A DNA stretch of 64,000 nt from Trichosphaerium sp. ATCC 40318 (GCA_038496445.1 JALMLS010000461.1:62001-126000); one strand, 5' to 3'; positions 26,442-38,263 are shown, numbered from the stretch's first letter. Program-made: numbers and translations. The notes: generated by a model from the sequence alone, not told the origin.

Positions 26442-29053
26442 ATGACCGACAAGAGTCCGTGTAGGTTAATAACCTTAATATCATCAGTTTTGTTGGGTTC
26501 TATAAGCACGATATGCTTTTGCGCTGTAATCATACTGCTCGTTATCCCTATACGTACTGGTAGTGTTAACACAACCGGGAGGCGTCTGCTATCAACAGAA
26601 GACCAGATATTTGATTTAGATTATACAATATGCAATGAAAGCTACTATGACCTCCAATGGCACGTGCTTGAAACGTCTTAGGAAGATGACGCTTGGCCTG
26701 TAACAACTTTAACACATGACAACATTGCTTTGATTTTATTGATGTATTACGTTAGGTACTCACGTCCCTTGTATCTTGTTGGTGTATTATACACTTTTAT
26801 CGCATTGGCGGTGATAACGGATACATACTTTGTAGAGGCTCTAGAAGTTGTTATACATAAGTTTGGCATTGCAGAGAACCTGTACGTACTAGTTTTTTAC
26901 CATTTATGCTTAAATAAGTTACAGAATAGGTGCTACTGTGATGGCATTAGGATCATCGTTTCCTGAACTAGTTACCACTGTGATTGCTGTCTTTTTCGTG
27001 AAGGTGAAGTTTTTTTTCTTATCAGTTTTGTTTTGGAAATGTTTTGTTGGCTTCTGTTCGGCTGATTGGGTTGTTTAGACCGATATTGGGATAGGTACCA
27101 TTGTGGGGTCAGCAGTGTTTAATTTGCTGTGTATTTTGGCACTTACGATAAGTTTCGGCAAGGGTAAAGAAGGTGAAGGTAATGAAGGAGTGGAGCATGA
27201 TATTCAAGTTGAATTTCCTAACTTTTTTATTAGCAACAGTAGCTATTGATGCTTTACCTTACAGTAGAGGTACTACGATATAAACCATTATAAAAACTTT
27301 AGAACAAATATATTTTTATTGTAGTCACGTGAGAAGGCGGACAACGTTTCGTTTTTTTTGATTCTGAAAACAGAAATTTTCTTGTTTCTTTGAGAATAAA
27401 GACTAATCCTTGTTTTAGATTCTCTTTTTTACTTGGTAGTTGTTTGTGCATTGTTTCCAATGCAACGCACCAAGAATGTAGAAACGTACGTTACAAGAAA
27501 GAAAGAAAAATACATATTTTATCATTCCTACTTACTACCTCTCTAACGCTATTTTTTTCATGTTATTATAGTGCTTATTCTGCAGTTTTACTTTCTCTAT
27601 TTGTTGCCTATCTTATCTTGCTTGCTTTTTGGGGTACACTTGTAAAATACGTACGAGGCAAGTACATAAAATTGATGATCAAAAAAAGTCTTTTTTCTCA
27701 AGTTTACTGATATGTAGGGTGTTTAAAACGAAGGAGGGGCGAAGAGTATAATAACCTTGTGAATGAGGCTGAATTGACAGCAACTGACTCTGAAGCTCAA
27801 TTGATACTTGATAAAACTGAAATAGAAACACTAAATGAAGACTTCGATGAACATTTTTTTGAAGTTCCTGAAAGTCTCTTTGGCTGGATCTATTTTTCAG
27901 TTTCGTTTCCTATTCAACTCATTTTTTTCCTTACTGTTCCAAACCCACGGTTTAAAAGATGTGTAAGAAAGCCTCTACTTTCTCATTTTTTTCTTTCTTT
28001 TTCCTTTTTTTTTTTTTCAAGATCTCTTTCCCTTACTGTATGTACAAATAGGTTGCTTGGTGGCCATTGACTATTGCAATGTCAATATTATGGATAGGCG
28101 TAGTGTCTTGGTTTATGGTTGGATGGGCTTCAAAGGCTGGCTGCTTGTTTGGCCTTGAACCGTATACGGTAATTTTTTTTCCTTCTGTTTTTTTTTGATC
28201 TGACTTGGTTCTCCTCCTTGTATGTTAACTTTAAACGTAGGTTGGAATCATTCTAGTTTCTATTGGTACAAGTGTACCTGAAGCAATGGGATCATTCTTT
28301 GCTGCGCGGTTAGTCTTTTTCTTTAACTACATCAACTGTGAACCAAATTGCTTGAAAGCATTCGTTTTTCCTTTTGTCTTCGAATTATTTTTAATAATTT
28401 TGTATTTCAGGCGAGGCTTGATTGACATGGCTGTTTCTAATGCCTTGGCTTCAAATATTTTTGACACATTACTTGGGTTGGGTTTACCTTGGTTTTTACA
28501 TAATGTTATTTATGGGAGTATTCCAATAGAATCGAATGTAAGTCACTGTACTTATTTTATTTTTGTATTTTTTTTTTGTATGAGACCTGGGTTGTATTGA
28601 GCTTTTCGTGCCTAAGTATATTTTGGTTTGGGTTCTCATGAAAATTTTTGTTAATTACGCTTTTGTAAAAACACGTGATTATTACGACAATACATGAAGC
28701 TCTTTTGTTCTTTTTTTTTTTTACTTTTTACTTTTCTTGATATCTTACTTTTTTAGCAAATTGTCGTTCATGTTATCACTTTACTCGTGTTAACTGCTGG
28801 AAGTTGGATTGTAGTTTTATGCTTTAAATTCAAGTACGTCAAGATTAATAAATTGCTGTCATATTTGTGCTCCTTCTTAAGAACCCTAGACCTTGGCGGT
28901 TTGTTGGAATTGGGTTCTTTGCTCTGTATTTGGTATACGTTGGTTACAGCTTGGCATACGACTATGGATTGGTTCCCATGTGATCCTACTATTATCGTAA
29001 TGTACTCTATTCTGAAAGAAGATAACAACGAGGAGAACGACAAACTATTGTAG
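26442..29053 (+). CDS. K-dependent Na/Ca exchanger (SLC24/NCKX family)
   Basis: Alpha-1 repeat GATVMALGSSFPEL...IGIGTIVGSAVFN and alpha-2 repeat IGTSVPEA...MAVSNALASNIFDTLLGLGLPW. Confidence 0.9.
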
Positions 29054-29546
29054 AGAAAACACTTCATGAGTAAACTAAAGTAAAATTATAAGTTTGAAAC
29101 ATATTCGTTTACATCTAGCAGTATGTTTACTACCAATACCATTTTGTGTAAGCAGGTAGAGTGGTATTGTAAGTCAACGATACAAATCTGAAAAAAAGTT
29201 TCCTAGCCCGATGAAAGACAACGAAATACAACACCGGTTTGCTGAATTTGTACACAGAAAATAAAGTTTACTTCGGTAATTAAATCTACAAAACAGTAGC
29301 TCAAGTGTTAAAAGTCTGCATCTAAACTTGAAATGAGACAGACAACAGTACTACTGCTTTCAAAACAGTAGCCTACCTGTATGCTAGACTTCATTTTGTA
29401 TGTTGATTTCGGTGGTTAGCGTTATTGTCGGTCGTTACTAGTTGAGGAAAAAACGAATTTAGTCAACGTCCTGTAAATAAATACTCCGATCATCTAACAA
29501 TAACATAATAACAAACATAGCCACGTTTCGAGCGTATATTAGCAAA

Positions 29547-30632
29547 ATGAATGAAGAAGAGGTTATCCAGAACATTAGTGACCTTGTCGCGCTCCCCGTT
29601 GAACTAATAGTTCATATTCTCAAACAAGGCACTTTTACACTTCGTTCCGCACAAACTTGCCACTTCTTGCGGGATATTGTCCATAACCACGTCGGATATG
29701 GTCAAATTATTGTTAAAAGCAGTACCGAGGTGATGATGCTTTCTGGCAGTCCTTTATTGCAGAATACAGCCATTCTGTTCAATGGGTATAGAGATGTAAA
29801 CGACAATCAGTTGAGGTTACTAGCGGGAGTACATACAATCAATTTGTCCAGTTGTGAATCAATAACAGACGAAGGCATCAAGGCATTGGCTGGAGTCTAT
29901 GACATTGGATTATCACAGACAAACGTAACAGACAAAGGCATCAAAGCATTGGCAGGTGTACACAAAATAAATTTAGATTTTTGTGAATCAATAACAGACG
30001 AAGGCATCAAAGCATTGGCAGGTGTATACAATATAGATTTAGATTTTTGTGAATCAATTACAGATGAAGGCATTAAAGCATTGGCTGGTGTACATGAGAT
30101 TGGATTATCAAGGACAAAAGTAACAGACGAAGGTTTGAAGGCGTTAGTAGGTGTACACTCTATCTTTTTATATGATTGTCTATCGATAACAGACGAAGGC
30201 ATCATCAAGGCGTTGGTTGGTGTACACAATATTGATCTATCGGGAACAAAGGTAACAGATGAAGGCATTAAAGCATTGGCTGGTGTACATGAGATTAATC
30301 TAGAAGATACAAACGTAACAGATGAAGGCATTAAAGCATTGGCTGGTGTACACACTATAACTGTATCATACACAAAGGTAACAGATGAAGGCATTAAAGC
30401 ATTGGCTGGTGTACATGAGATTAATCTAGAAGATACAAACGTAACAGATGAAGGCATTAAAGCATTGGCTGGTGTACACACTATAGATGTATCAGGAACA
30501 AAAGTAACAGATGAAGGATTGAAAGCATTGGCAGGTGTACACACTATAACCCTGTATGGTTGCTCCTCAACTTCAAAAGAGGGTGTCCAGGCGACCGGTG
30601 CACAGGTAGTAAGGGGCCCAGACTTATCATAG
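29547..30632 (+). CDS. Intronless F-box-like + leucine-rich repeat protein, copy 2 (361 aa)
   Basis: First ~100 aa identical to copy 1. Eleven heterogeneous LRR units plus the same capping repeat. Confidence 0.9.
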   Translation: MNEEEVIQNISDLVALPVELIVHILKQGTFTLRSAQTCHFLRDIVHNHVGYGQIIVKSSTEVMMLSGSPLLQNTAILFNGYRDVNDNQLRLLAGVHTINLSSCESITDEGIKALAGVYDIGLSQTNVTDKGIKALAGVHKINLDFCESITDEGIKALAGVYNIDLDFCESITDEGIKALAGVHEIGLSRTKVTDEGLKALVGVHSIFLYDCLSITDEGIIKALVGVHNIDLSGTKVTDEGIKALAGVHEINLEDTNVTDEGIKALAGVHTITVSYTKVTDEGIKALAGVHEINLEDTNVTDEGIKALAGVHTIDVSGTKVTDEGLKALAGVHTITLYGCSSTSKEGVQATGAQVVRGPDLS

Positions 30633-30930
30633 TACACTTTTTATTGCTTTGTATAAACAAACAAACGGAATAAATAAAAACAAAATTAGTCATAATGTTG
30701 TGTTTCTTGCACATGCTCCTTAAAAAACAAGCCACCAAAATTAATAATAATCATAAATTATGTTCGCGAAAAGCAGACAGTTATGTTTGCATTTAGTGTT
30801 TTTAGGCGAGTTAAAACTGTCAAAAATATTTATTTTGTCATGTGTCACAATTGTCAATGTAATAACGTTTAAAGCAATCACTAGAAAATACTCTCTGTCA
30901 GTTGAATTGTTTCTTGGTGTAGTAGAAGTA

Positions 30931-32095
30931 TCAAAGATTTTGCTCTAGCCAAGCATCAACCTCTGATAGCTTGTAGCCAAAAGGACCTTCACCCCTTTGT
31001 ACATTATCTTCTTGTCTTTAAGTATGTACAACCTAACATGTGATCAACTTCACAGTCATATGATAAAAACTGTACCTCTCTGGTAGAGCTTGGTATGCTT
31101 TGTTTGCATTATCATCCATAAGATCAACAAATATTGGAACCTTAAAGTTTGGGTTGTTCGTTTTAAAGTCTTCAATGATATTGTCCGTATCATTCAAGTT
31201 TGCTAATCTTTGCAACTTTTTGCTGTTTGTGACTTTTGGTTTTTGTGTTTAGTCAGATCTGACAGATCTTGCAACTTCTGCTAGTTCTTGCAAGTGTTAG
31301 TTCTTGCAAGATCTGTTAAAAACTACAAGATCTGACGTATCTTGTCAGTTCTGGAACAAACTAAATCCACTTGTACAGGTACAACGCATACAAATTTATT
31401 GCGACACCACGTGCTCTTAACCACCATTATTTTATTAGTTTAGCAGTTCTGTTGACGTCCTCTAAGGTCCAGCAGTTGTCTCCTATACTCTAAAACGAAT
31501 TATTACGCTATGTTATTACTGTACACTCAGCGCAAGATACTTTGGAAGCGCTTGGAATTTTCTTTGAGGTTTTAGCATTATCTCACGTTTAACTCCTCCT
31601 GACGCCTGAATATGTGCCAGTATTCGCTCCTGGTGCTAGTAAGTTAACATGTAAATTATTGTTAATTTGTAGCCGTTTTTATGGCTCCTTGGGGTAAGTA
31701 GTAATGAGAGCGCACCTAAGTAAAATACTGCGATCGTCTTGTTACATGATATGACTTTGACACAGTGCTTTTCATCTTGCCTTAATGTACATAAGGACGG
31801 CCAGCACGGTACATTGTCACGAGTTATAGAATGTGATGCAATCACATTGCACCGGTTCCGCAAGTTGTAATCAAAGCTGTCAGTTCTTGCAAGAACTATC
31901 AAAACTGACAAAATCTGACAGAACTTCCAAGAACTAGCAGAACTTACAAGATCACACCGCTTGATACTTCTGCCAAACCTGTCGCAAACTTAAATGATAC
32001 GGACAATACCAATACGATCTTCAATATCCTTGGGCATACGATAACATACTTTGTTACCTGATAACTTCCATCCATCTGAAGCACGTGCTTCTAAA
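30931..32095 (-). pseudogene. Deiodinase pseudogene (exons 4-5 only, interrupted by TIR element)
   Basis: Reverse complement of 7556-7893. Homology ends at the intron-3 acceptor, so exons 1-3 with the Sec codon are absent. Exon 4 is split by an 826-bp insertion. Confidence 0.9.
31181..32006. mobile_element. Non-autonomous TIR DNA transposon (MITE-like; TA target duplication, Tc1/mariner-type)
   Basis: 23-bp TIRs TTGTCCGTATCATTCAAGTTTGC / GCAAACTTAAATGATACGGACAA (1 mismatch). TA duplicated at 31179-31180 and 32007-32008 relative to the empty site in the intact gene. Subterminal CTTGCAAG/TCTGACAGA repeats; no transposase ORF. Confidence 0.92.
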
Positions 32096-32477
32096 TGCGA
32101 TAGTTGTCTAAAAAACGAACGAAACGAGTCTCAATTTCTTGTAATTTTCTCAAAACGTTTTGCAAAAAGACTACTTTTTTGACCGATATCTATAAAGGTA
32201 TGATCGAAAAACCACTACGAAAGTAATTATCATTCGAAAAAAAAAACCCCTAAAAATGGAACCTTCTGTAGTTTTGAAGTTAAATTTTTTATTTTCCTTC
32301 TAATACTTCACATACAACCTACACAAGCATTATTAGAAATCCCACAACTTTTTTTTTTTGTAACGAACAAAGGTATAAATTTACAACAAAAACATTCTTC
32401 TCTCGAGATGCACAACCATAAGTTGTTTGTGTCCTGTCTTACCGTATGTCAATGTACCAACTAACAATCTATATTTC

Positions 32478-32550
32478 GCGGGTTCGAATCCCGCCTCCCC
32501 TGCAAAAGGGGAGTGTGCCGAGTGGTTAAGGCGTTAAAATGCTAATTTAA
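32478..32550 (+). tRNA. Circularly permuted tRNA-Ser(GCT)-like element (3' half precedes 5' half)
   Basis: T-arm GCGGG-TTCGAAT-CCCGC (32478-32494); acceptor 3' strand CTCCCCT + G (32495-32502); CAAA linker; acceptor 5' strand AGGGGAG (32507-32513); D-arm GCC-GAGTGGTTAA-GGC; anticodon arm TTAAA-ATGCTAA-TTTAA (GCT at 32541-32543). Confidence 0.6.
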
Positions 32551-32752
32551 TAATTCTTCGTGGTGCCGGTACGTTGGCTACAACTCAAGGCCGCCTGAAA
32601 TGTCAGGCGGTAAGGGCTCACGACGCTATCATCTCTTATTTTTTTCATAAAATCGGAAGCAGTGTTACAAAGTTACAGCTTGACTTTTGCTGAATAAAGT
32701 CACCGCTTTTTTTTTTACGGCTTTGTTCCGCCTTTAGTCATTCTCCCTACCA

Positions 32753-33403
32753 ATGGCAAAGCGAAAGATATCAGTAGCGCATAGGGAGCGTATAACACTA
32801 TTGTCTGGGTTACCACTTGAGCTATTAGAAAGTGTTTGGAGATCAGAACCTGAAATATACACTAAATGGCCTCAATTATGTTGCAGTTGCGCTAGAACTT
32901 CGAAATACGATGATAATTTAAAGAAACATGGCGTGTGGAACTATTTCTCTTCAGACATCACCAAAAGAGGTAATCACCAAATAGTACAAACAACGGCGTA
33001 CTGTAACGGCCTTCTGGAGGGTAAATGCGCGAAGTATCAACATAACGGCAATCCAGCAGAAATTGCTTGTTTCAAAAAAGGACGAAAACACGGTGAGTAC
33101 AAGATTTGGTGGGCTGATACTGATGTATTGAAAATGCACTGCTTTTATAAACATAGTAAATTACATGGTCGTTACAAGTACTTCAATGAAAGCGGAGATT
33201 TAATGTGTGACTTTAATTATGAAAATGGAGAAAAACATGGAAAGTGTACTAGTACTGTTTATAGACAGACTTTGGTAATCAACTATGAACATGGTAAGAA
33301 GCACGGCGAATGTGATACTAGGTATAATGGAAGGTGGCTTTATAATCACGGTGTTCCTATCCAACAAGTTGATGGTCATAATAAATACCGAGTGTTACAC
33401 TAG
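32753..33403 (+). CDS. Intronless F-box-like + MORN-variant repeat protein (giant-virus-like)
   Basis: N-terminal LLSGLPLELLESVW. Repeats GRKHGEYKIWW, SKLHGRYKYF, GEKHGKC and GKKHGEC. Confidence 0.8.
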   Translation: MAKRKISVAHRERITLLSGLPLELLESVWRSEPEIYTKWPQLCCSCARTSKYDDNLKKHGVWNYFSSDITKRGNHQIVQTTAYCNGLLEGKCAKYQHNGNPAEIACFKKGRKHGEYKIWWADTDVLKMHCFYKHSKLHGRYKYFNESGDLMCDFNYENGEKHGKCTSTVYRQTLVINYEHGKKHGECDTRYNGRWLYNHGVPIQQVDGHNKYRVLH

Positions 33404-33605
33404 CAGCTTTTTTTTGACATACTGTGTTTTACGTTCGGAATCTAATAAGAATACCTAAGGAAAAGGTACTATGCCAATTTTTAGTCGAACATTGAGAGCT
33501 ATCATAGGAATTGGCTACCTGTATTCAATGCTTTGCCGTAATAAAACTATTGAAATACACAGAGCTTGGTGTTTATTCTTAAAATACAAACTATTTACAA
33601 AGTTT

Positions 33606-34457
33606 TTAAGAGTCAGATTCAGAATCAGAATCAGAGTCGTCTTTCTTTTTGCCCTTAGGAGCTTCAGCGTTCTCAACAACTTGTTGATATCCTGCTTGTA
33701 ATTGTGGATCATCGAATTTTTGAAGAGAGGCACCAGTGAGGCTTGTTTTGTTCTTTCCAGCGAGTTTAGTGTACTTCCTTAACATCTTGGCAAAAGGTAC
33801 AATATTCTTGCGACCAACAGAGAAGCATAATATGACTTTACTTACTCCTTTATCGCGAGGTACCAAACGGACCTTTACAACACAATGTTAGATGGCATAC
33901 TAAGAGTGTTGTTTAAAAACAATTAAAAGCGCTTACCATATCTCTTTGGGTTGGACCTGTTGCCTTCTTTTGACCCATGACATATTTTTGATCCCCATTG
34001 AGAATGAGAGTGATACAGTGACTTGGAAAACCAATTGGTCCTACACCAAATAAGCAACTGTCTCAGAACTTTAAACGAACAAAAAGAATGATTTTTACAC
34101 TCACCTCTTTGACCACTGTAGATGATTAAGTAGACTGTTTCTGGACGTCCACCAGGTTTATTCTCAATAAGAAGATTCATGTAACTTGTTTTGTAAGCCG
34201 CTTGAACAAGAGACATGCCTATTTTGTATCTGAACTGATGAAATGGCCAATAACCGATTGCTTGATATTCTGTTTTTCCTTTGATAGCTTTCGTTAATCT
34301 TTCAATTGTTGGTACAACTTCATGGATATTGTTTTGATTGTAGAAAAGATCTTTGCCAATCTATTGTATCATTGGTAAACAAACACGAATAACAAGGAAA
34401 AAAAAATAAAACTGTTTTACCAAGCACATGTTGAAATCTATCACGTACTTGAGTCAT
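33606..34457 (-). CDS. Gene B, copy 2
   Basis: Inverted near-identical copy of 13440-14301 with an intact frame. Confidence 0.75.
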
Positions 34458-35000
34458 TGTTCTTTATTGTTTGGAGGAGTTTGTTTTTGTTCTGTTGATG
34501 TGTTTGTGTTTGTGTGTAAGAGATTATGTAGTTAAGTTGACGCAGGAAATATTCACGTGAAGTTCACCAGATTAAGGAAAAAAGATCACATCATCCTCAT
34601 GAAAAGAAAGCAAAATGATTCCCCGGTAAATTGATATTCCCCTGTACTCTTTAAATGAATATTAAACTGGTTTGGAGAAATCGTGTTTTATCGTGTAATT
34701 TATCACGCACATTATCACAAAAGTCACGTGATGGCTTATATGGCGAAATTAAAGAATAATTGAGTCCCTTGAGAGGTTCCTTAGGTTCTGTGTAGGTTTT
34801 GAAAGTGAAAGTTCGTGTGATCACTTTTTTGAGGAGAAGGCAAACATTCAAAAAAACACCGAGAATAACATTGACTCATTTACCTCGCGCTTAACAAACA
34901 TAAACAAAACAAAACAACAACAACAGCAACAACAACCTCTTAACAAGTGCGAATAGAGAATACACTTTACATTCAAAAACTAACTTGCAGCGGATAGAAA

Positions 35001-35859
35001 ATGTCTCAAAAAGAATACACTAAACTGTACAAAGAAGCCCTAAAGGACAATTTGGAAAAAGCCATCAAGTTGTTTAAGGAAACTGTTCCTAAAGCTGACA
35101 GGACAGAACTTGCACAAGCGATTGAGGAGCAAAAAAAGACATTAAAGGAAAAAGGGACTGAAATCACGAAAGTGAAACCAGTTACTGACAAAGATTTCGG
35201 CCGGGCACAACGTGGAAATAAATGCCAAAAAGCTTTGATCAAAATTTGGTATTGCTACTTTTCGTAAGTACCCTTCTCCCTTTGCTTTCTCTAAAAGCGT
35301 TTATCACTGACTCTGTATTGTCACTTAGGTATGGTTTTGAAAATGATTGGGATTCCTGATGAGATTGCTGGCGGAGCTGCTGAGGAACTAATGAATGGAG
35401 AAGAAGATCCTAAAGAAAAGTTCAAGAAAGCTTTCTTAGCTATCAAGAAAGTACGTAAACTATATACATGCACCTGTGGGTAGCACACACTAACAGTCAT
35501 CGTTTAGGCGACAAGTGAAAAAGGGAAAGCTAAAGCAATCATTGGATTCATAAAGGCAATATCAACGAAAAAAATACTGAAAGCTCTCAAGAACCAATTC
35601 AAGAAGCACTCAACGAAAACAAAGTAAGTACACACGATCGAAGCAGTTTTTTGAAATTGTTGCTAATCCTTTTTGTTTCAGACTCAAATGGTTGAAATGG
35701 GGATTGATTCTTACTGCTAAACTGGTTGCCATCTTTGCAACTGATGGAGTCGCATTGATTGCTATGATTATATTGGCACTGTTTGATGCTGCAAAGTGGG
35801 TAACAGCTCTAAACGCTGTTAGAAAAGAATGCTTCAAAAAGAGTACAACCACTACGTGA
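35001..35859 (+). pseudogene. Gene C, copy 2, with +1 frameshift in exon 1 (or homopolymer sequencing error)
   Basis: gatcAAAAtttgg at ~35241 versus gatcAAAtttgg in copy 1. ORF ends KIWYCYFS*. Confidence 0.6.
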
Positions 35860-36006
35860 ATCAGCAAGCAACGTTTTATTCAATAAAGCAATTTCCATTT
35901 ACGAACAGTATAATTTCTTTAACCATCAAGGTTTTCAATGTGTAGTACTGGTCAACAATTGTAGTACTTTCGTCAAAAAACAGTCTCTGTAGTTTAGTTA
36001 CAACGT

Positions 36007-37508
36007 ATGCTCAACGGATTCGAAGTTATAAGTAAATTGTCAGTGTATGTGCTTTGTTTGATCTATTTTTACTCAAAATGCGTTTGTTTAAAGGAATACC
36101 CAGCTTTTCAAATGCAAACAGACGAAAACAGGAAAAATTGTAGTGATTAGAACAGTTGATCTACATTGTCAAGAGGAAATAGACTTCTATCATGATAAAC
36201 TCAAATTTCTAAGCCTCAAAAGCAGTCATTCGTACTTTGCGAAGATAATACGCACTGAGGCTAAATCAAAACTGACTTACGTACAACGCTTTTCTCGATT
36301 CAAAAAAACCAAAGGACGATTAATGTCAGGTTTTGTTACTTAGTAATTGCCATTTTCCACGTGAGCTTCAGCTATTGTGTGGTATCGGGATAGCATATAA
36401 AGATCTCAAGTGTACGCAAAGTCCTTATGAGATTGATATTAAACAATGTGCAAAGCAACAGAGTGCCCACAATGGTAGTTACTAGTAGCAAAGCTTACAT
36501 AACTTTGGCTTCTTATTTTTTGTTTGTTCTTTCTCACTTTCGTTGTTTAAAAAGGTAGTCTCCAAGTATCATAAATTTGGTTCATTTGAGGACATAATCA
36601 AGAGGAATCAGTCTCCTCTGAGTGAATCACAGATTGCTCTTGTATTGTTTTGTACTCTCTCTGCTTTGAAGATACTCCACAAACATGACATAAGATACAG
36701 GCAAATTGGTGCTCGTATGTTGTACTTTTGTGCTCTTTTAATACTACACACTCATTGTCACCGTTTAACTGAACTTACTCTGTTGTTTGTGTTTTAAGGA
36801 AAGATATTCTTAACTTGTTCATTTCAAGTTAAAATAGGTACAAACACTTTTCTGCTGTGACAACAGTTTAGTTATCTTATGGTAATACTTATTCCTAGGT
36901 GGCTTGTTGAAACCTGGTCATGATCTAATGAAGGTGCACACAGTTTTATTTTTGTTGATACAGATTGTAACGTTCATCACAGAAATTATTTCCAGCAGCT
37001 TTGTGGATGGCACCTGAAGAGTTAGTAGCAGAAAGGACTACTGTACTTTTACATATGTAAAGGAGTATATTATAACACGCCATTAGTTTAAGACTGATAT
37101 GTGGTCACTTGGTATCACTGCAATAGAGCTCGCTGAGATTTATCCACCTGGGGCCGATATATTTACATGGCAGGTATTTCTTCGCTCATATGTTTTTTTG
37201 TAATGTTCTTTTTTTAACTGCATGTAGTTTTTCGAGTGTATCCTGAATGATCCACCACCAACTTTGAATGAAGAAGAAAAATGGAGTACTAGATTTACAG
37301 AATTTATGAGTAAGGTACTCATCAAAGATCGTGAGAACCGATACTCAGTTTCAGATGCTTTAAATGTATGTCAATCCTACTTTTTTTATTATTATTGGAT
37401 CAGAAATGACACTAATAGGATCCTTTCATACACCAGTGTTTGGGACAGAATACGGATATTCTAAGGTGTTTGATAAAACAGAAGAGAAAGAAAACCAAGA
37501 AAAAATAA
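36007..37508 (+). CDS. STE20-like pseudokinase, copy 2
   Basis: Inverted copy of 14580-15880 with an extra ~225 bp in intron 2. Confidence 0.7.
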
Positions 37509-37629
37509 ACTTGTTCAATGCTGTAGGCTTTGTAAATACTGTGGTTATGCAAAAGGTTTCTGCAGTGTCTTGCCTATGTTTAGCGTTGTTGTGTAAGCGC
37601 CAGTTAAGAAGCTCCTAATGACACAAAAT

Positions 37630-37850
37630 CCGGCAAAGATCTTTTCTACAATCAAAACAATATCCATGAAGTTGTACCAACAATTGAAAGATTAACGAAA
37701 GCTATCAAAGGAAGACAGAATATCAAGCCATCGGTTAAGAGCATGCCTCTTACACAACCGATTTTATCATTGGTAAAGAAGACGAACAATGAGCTAACTA
37801 TTTTCCCGGCACGTGCTGCTTAAATATCGAAACCTGAGTCATTGTTTTTG
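37630..37850. pseudogene. Third, fragmented copy of gene B (exon-2 piece on +, exon 1/start on -)
   Basis: 37630-37737 matches 13548-13655 in the same orientation with a 1-nt deletion. From 37836 the sequence matches the gene B start and promoter in inverted orientation. Confidence 0.8.
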
Positions 37851-38263
37851 TTCTGTTGATGTGCTTGTGTTTGTGTGTAAGAGATTATGTAGTTAAGTTG
37901 ACGCAGGAAATATTCACGTGAAGTTCATTAGATTAAGGAAAAAAAATCACATCATCTTCGATGAAAAATGATTCCCCGGTAAATTGATATTCCCCTGTAC
38001 TCTGAAAAATGAATATTAAACTGGTTTGGAGAAATCGTGTTTTGTTGTGTAATTTATCACGCATACTAGGTTTGTTATGACTCAATTACAGTGTAATCGA
38101 GTCCCTAAGAGATTTGGTACGTTTTATGTTGGTTCTTGAAGGTGTAAGTTCACGTGATCAATTTTTTAATGTCAGGCAAACGTTAAAATAAAAAGACCGA
38201 GACTAACATTGACTCATGTAATATAAATACAAAGCATACAAGTACCAAGATATACAACCACAT

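Noticed and set aside
31636-31911. 91-aa ORF inside the TIR element as a transposase
   Set aside because: Too short, with no DDE or HTH motifs.
32478-32550. tRNA-Sec or tmRNA identity for the tRNA-like element
   Set aside because: The anticodon is GCT not TCA, stems are 7/5, a D-stem is present, and there is no G3-U70 alanine identity or tag ORF.
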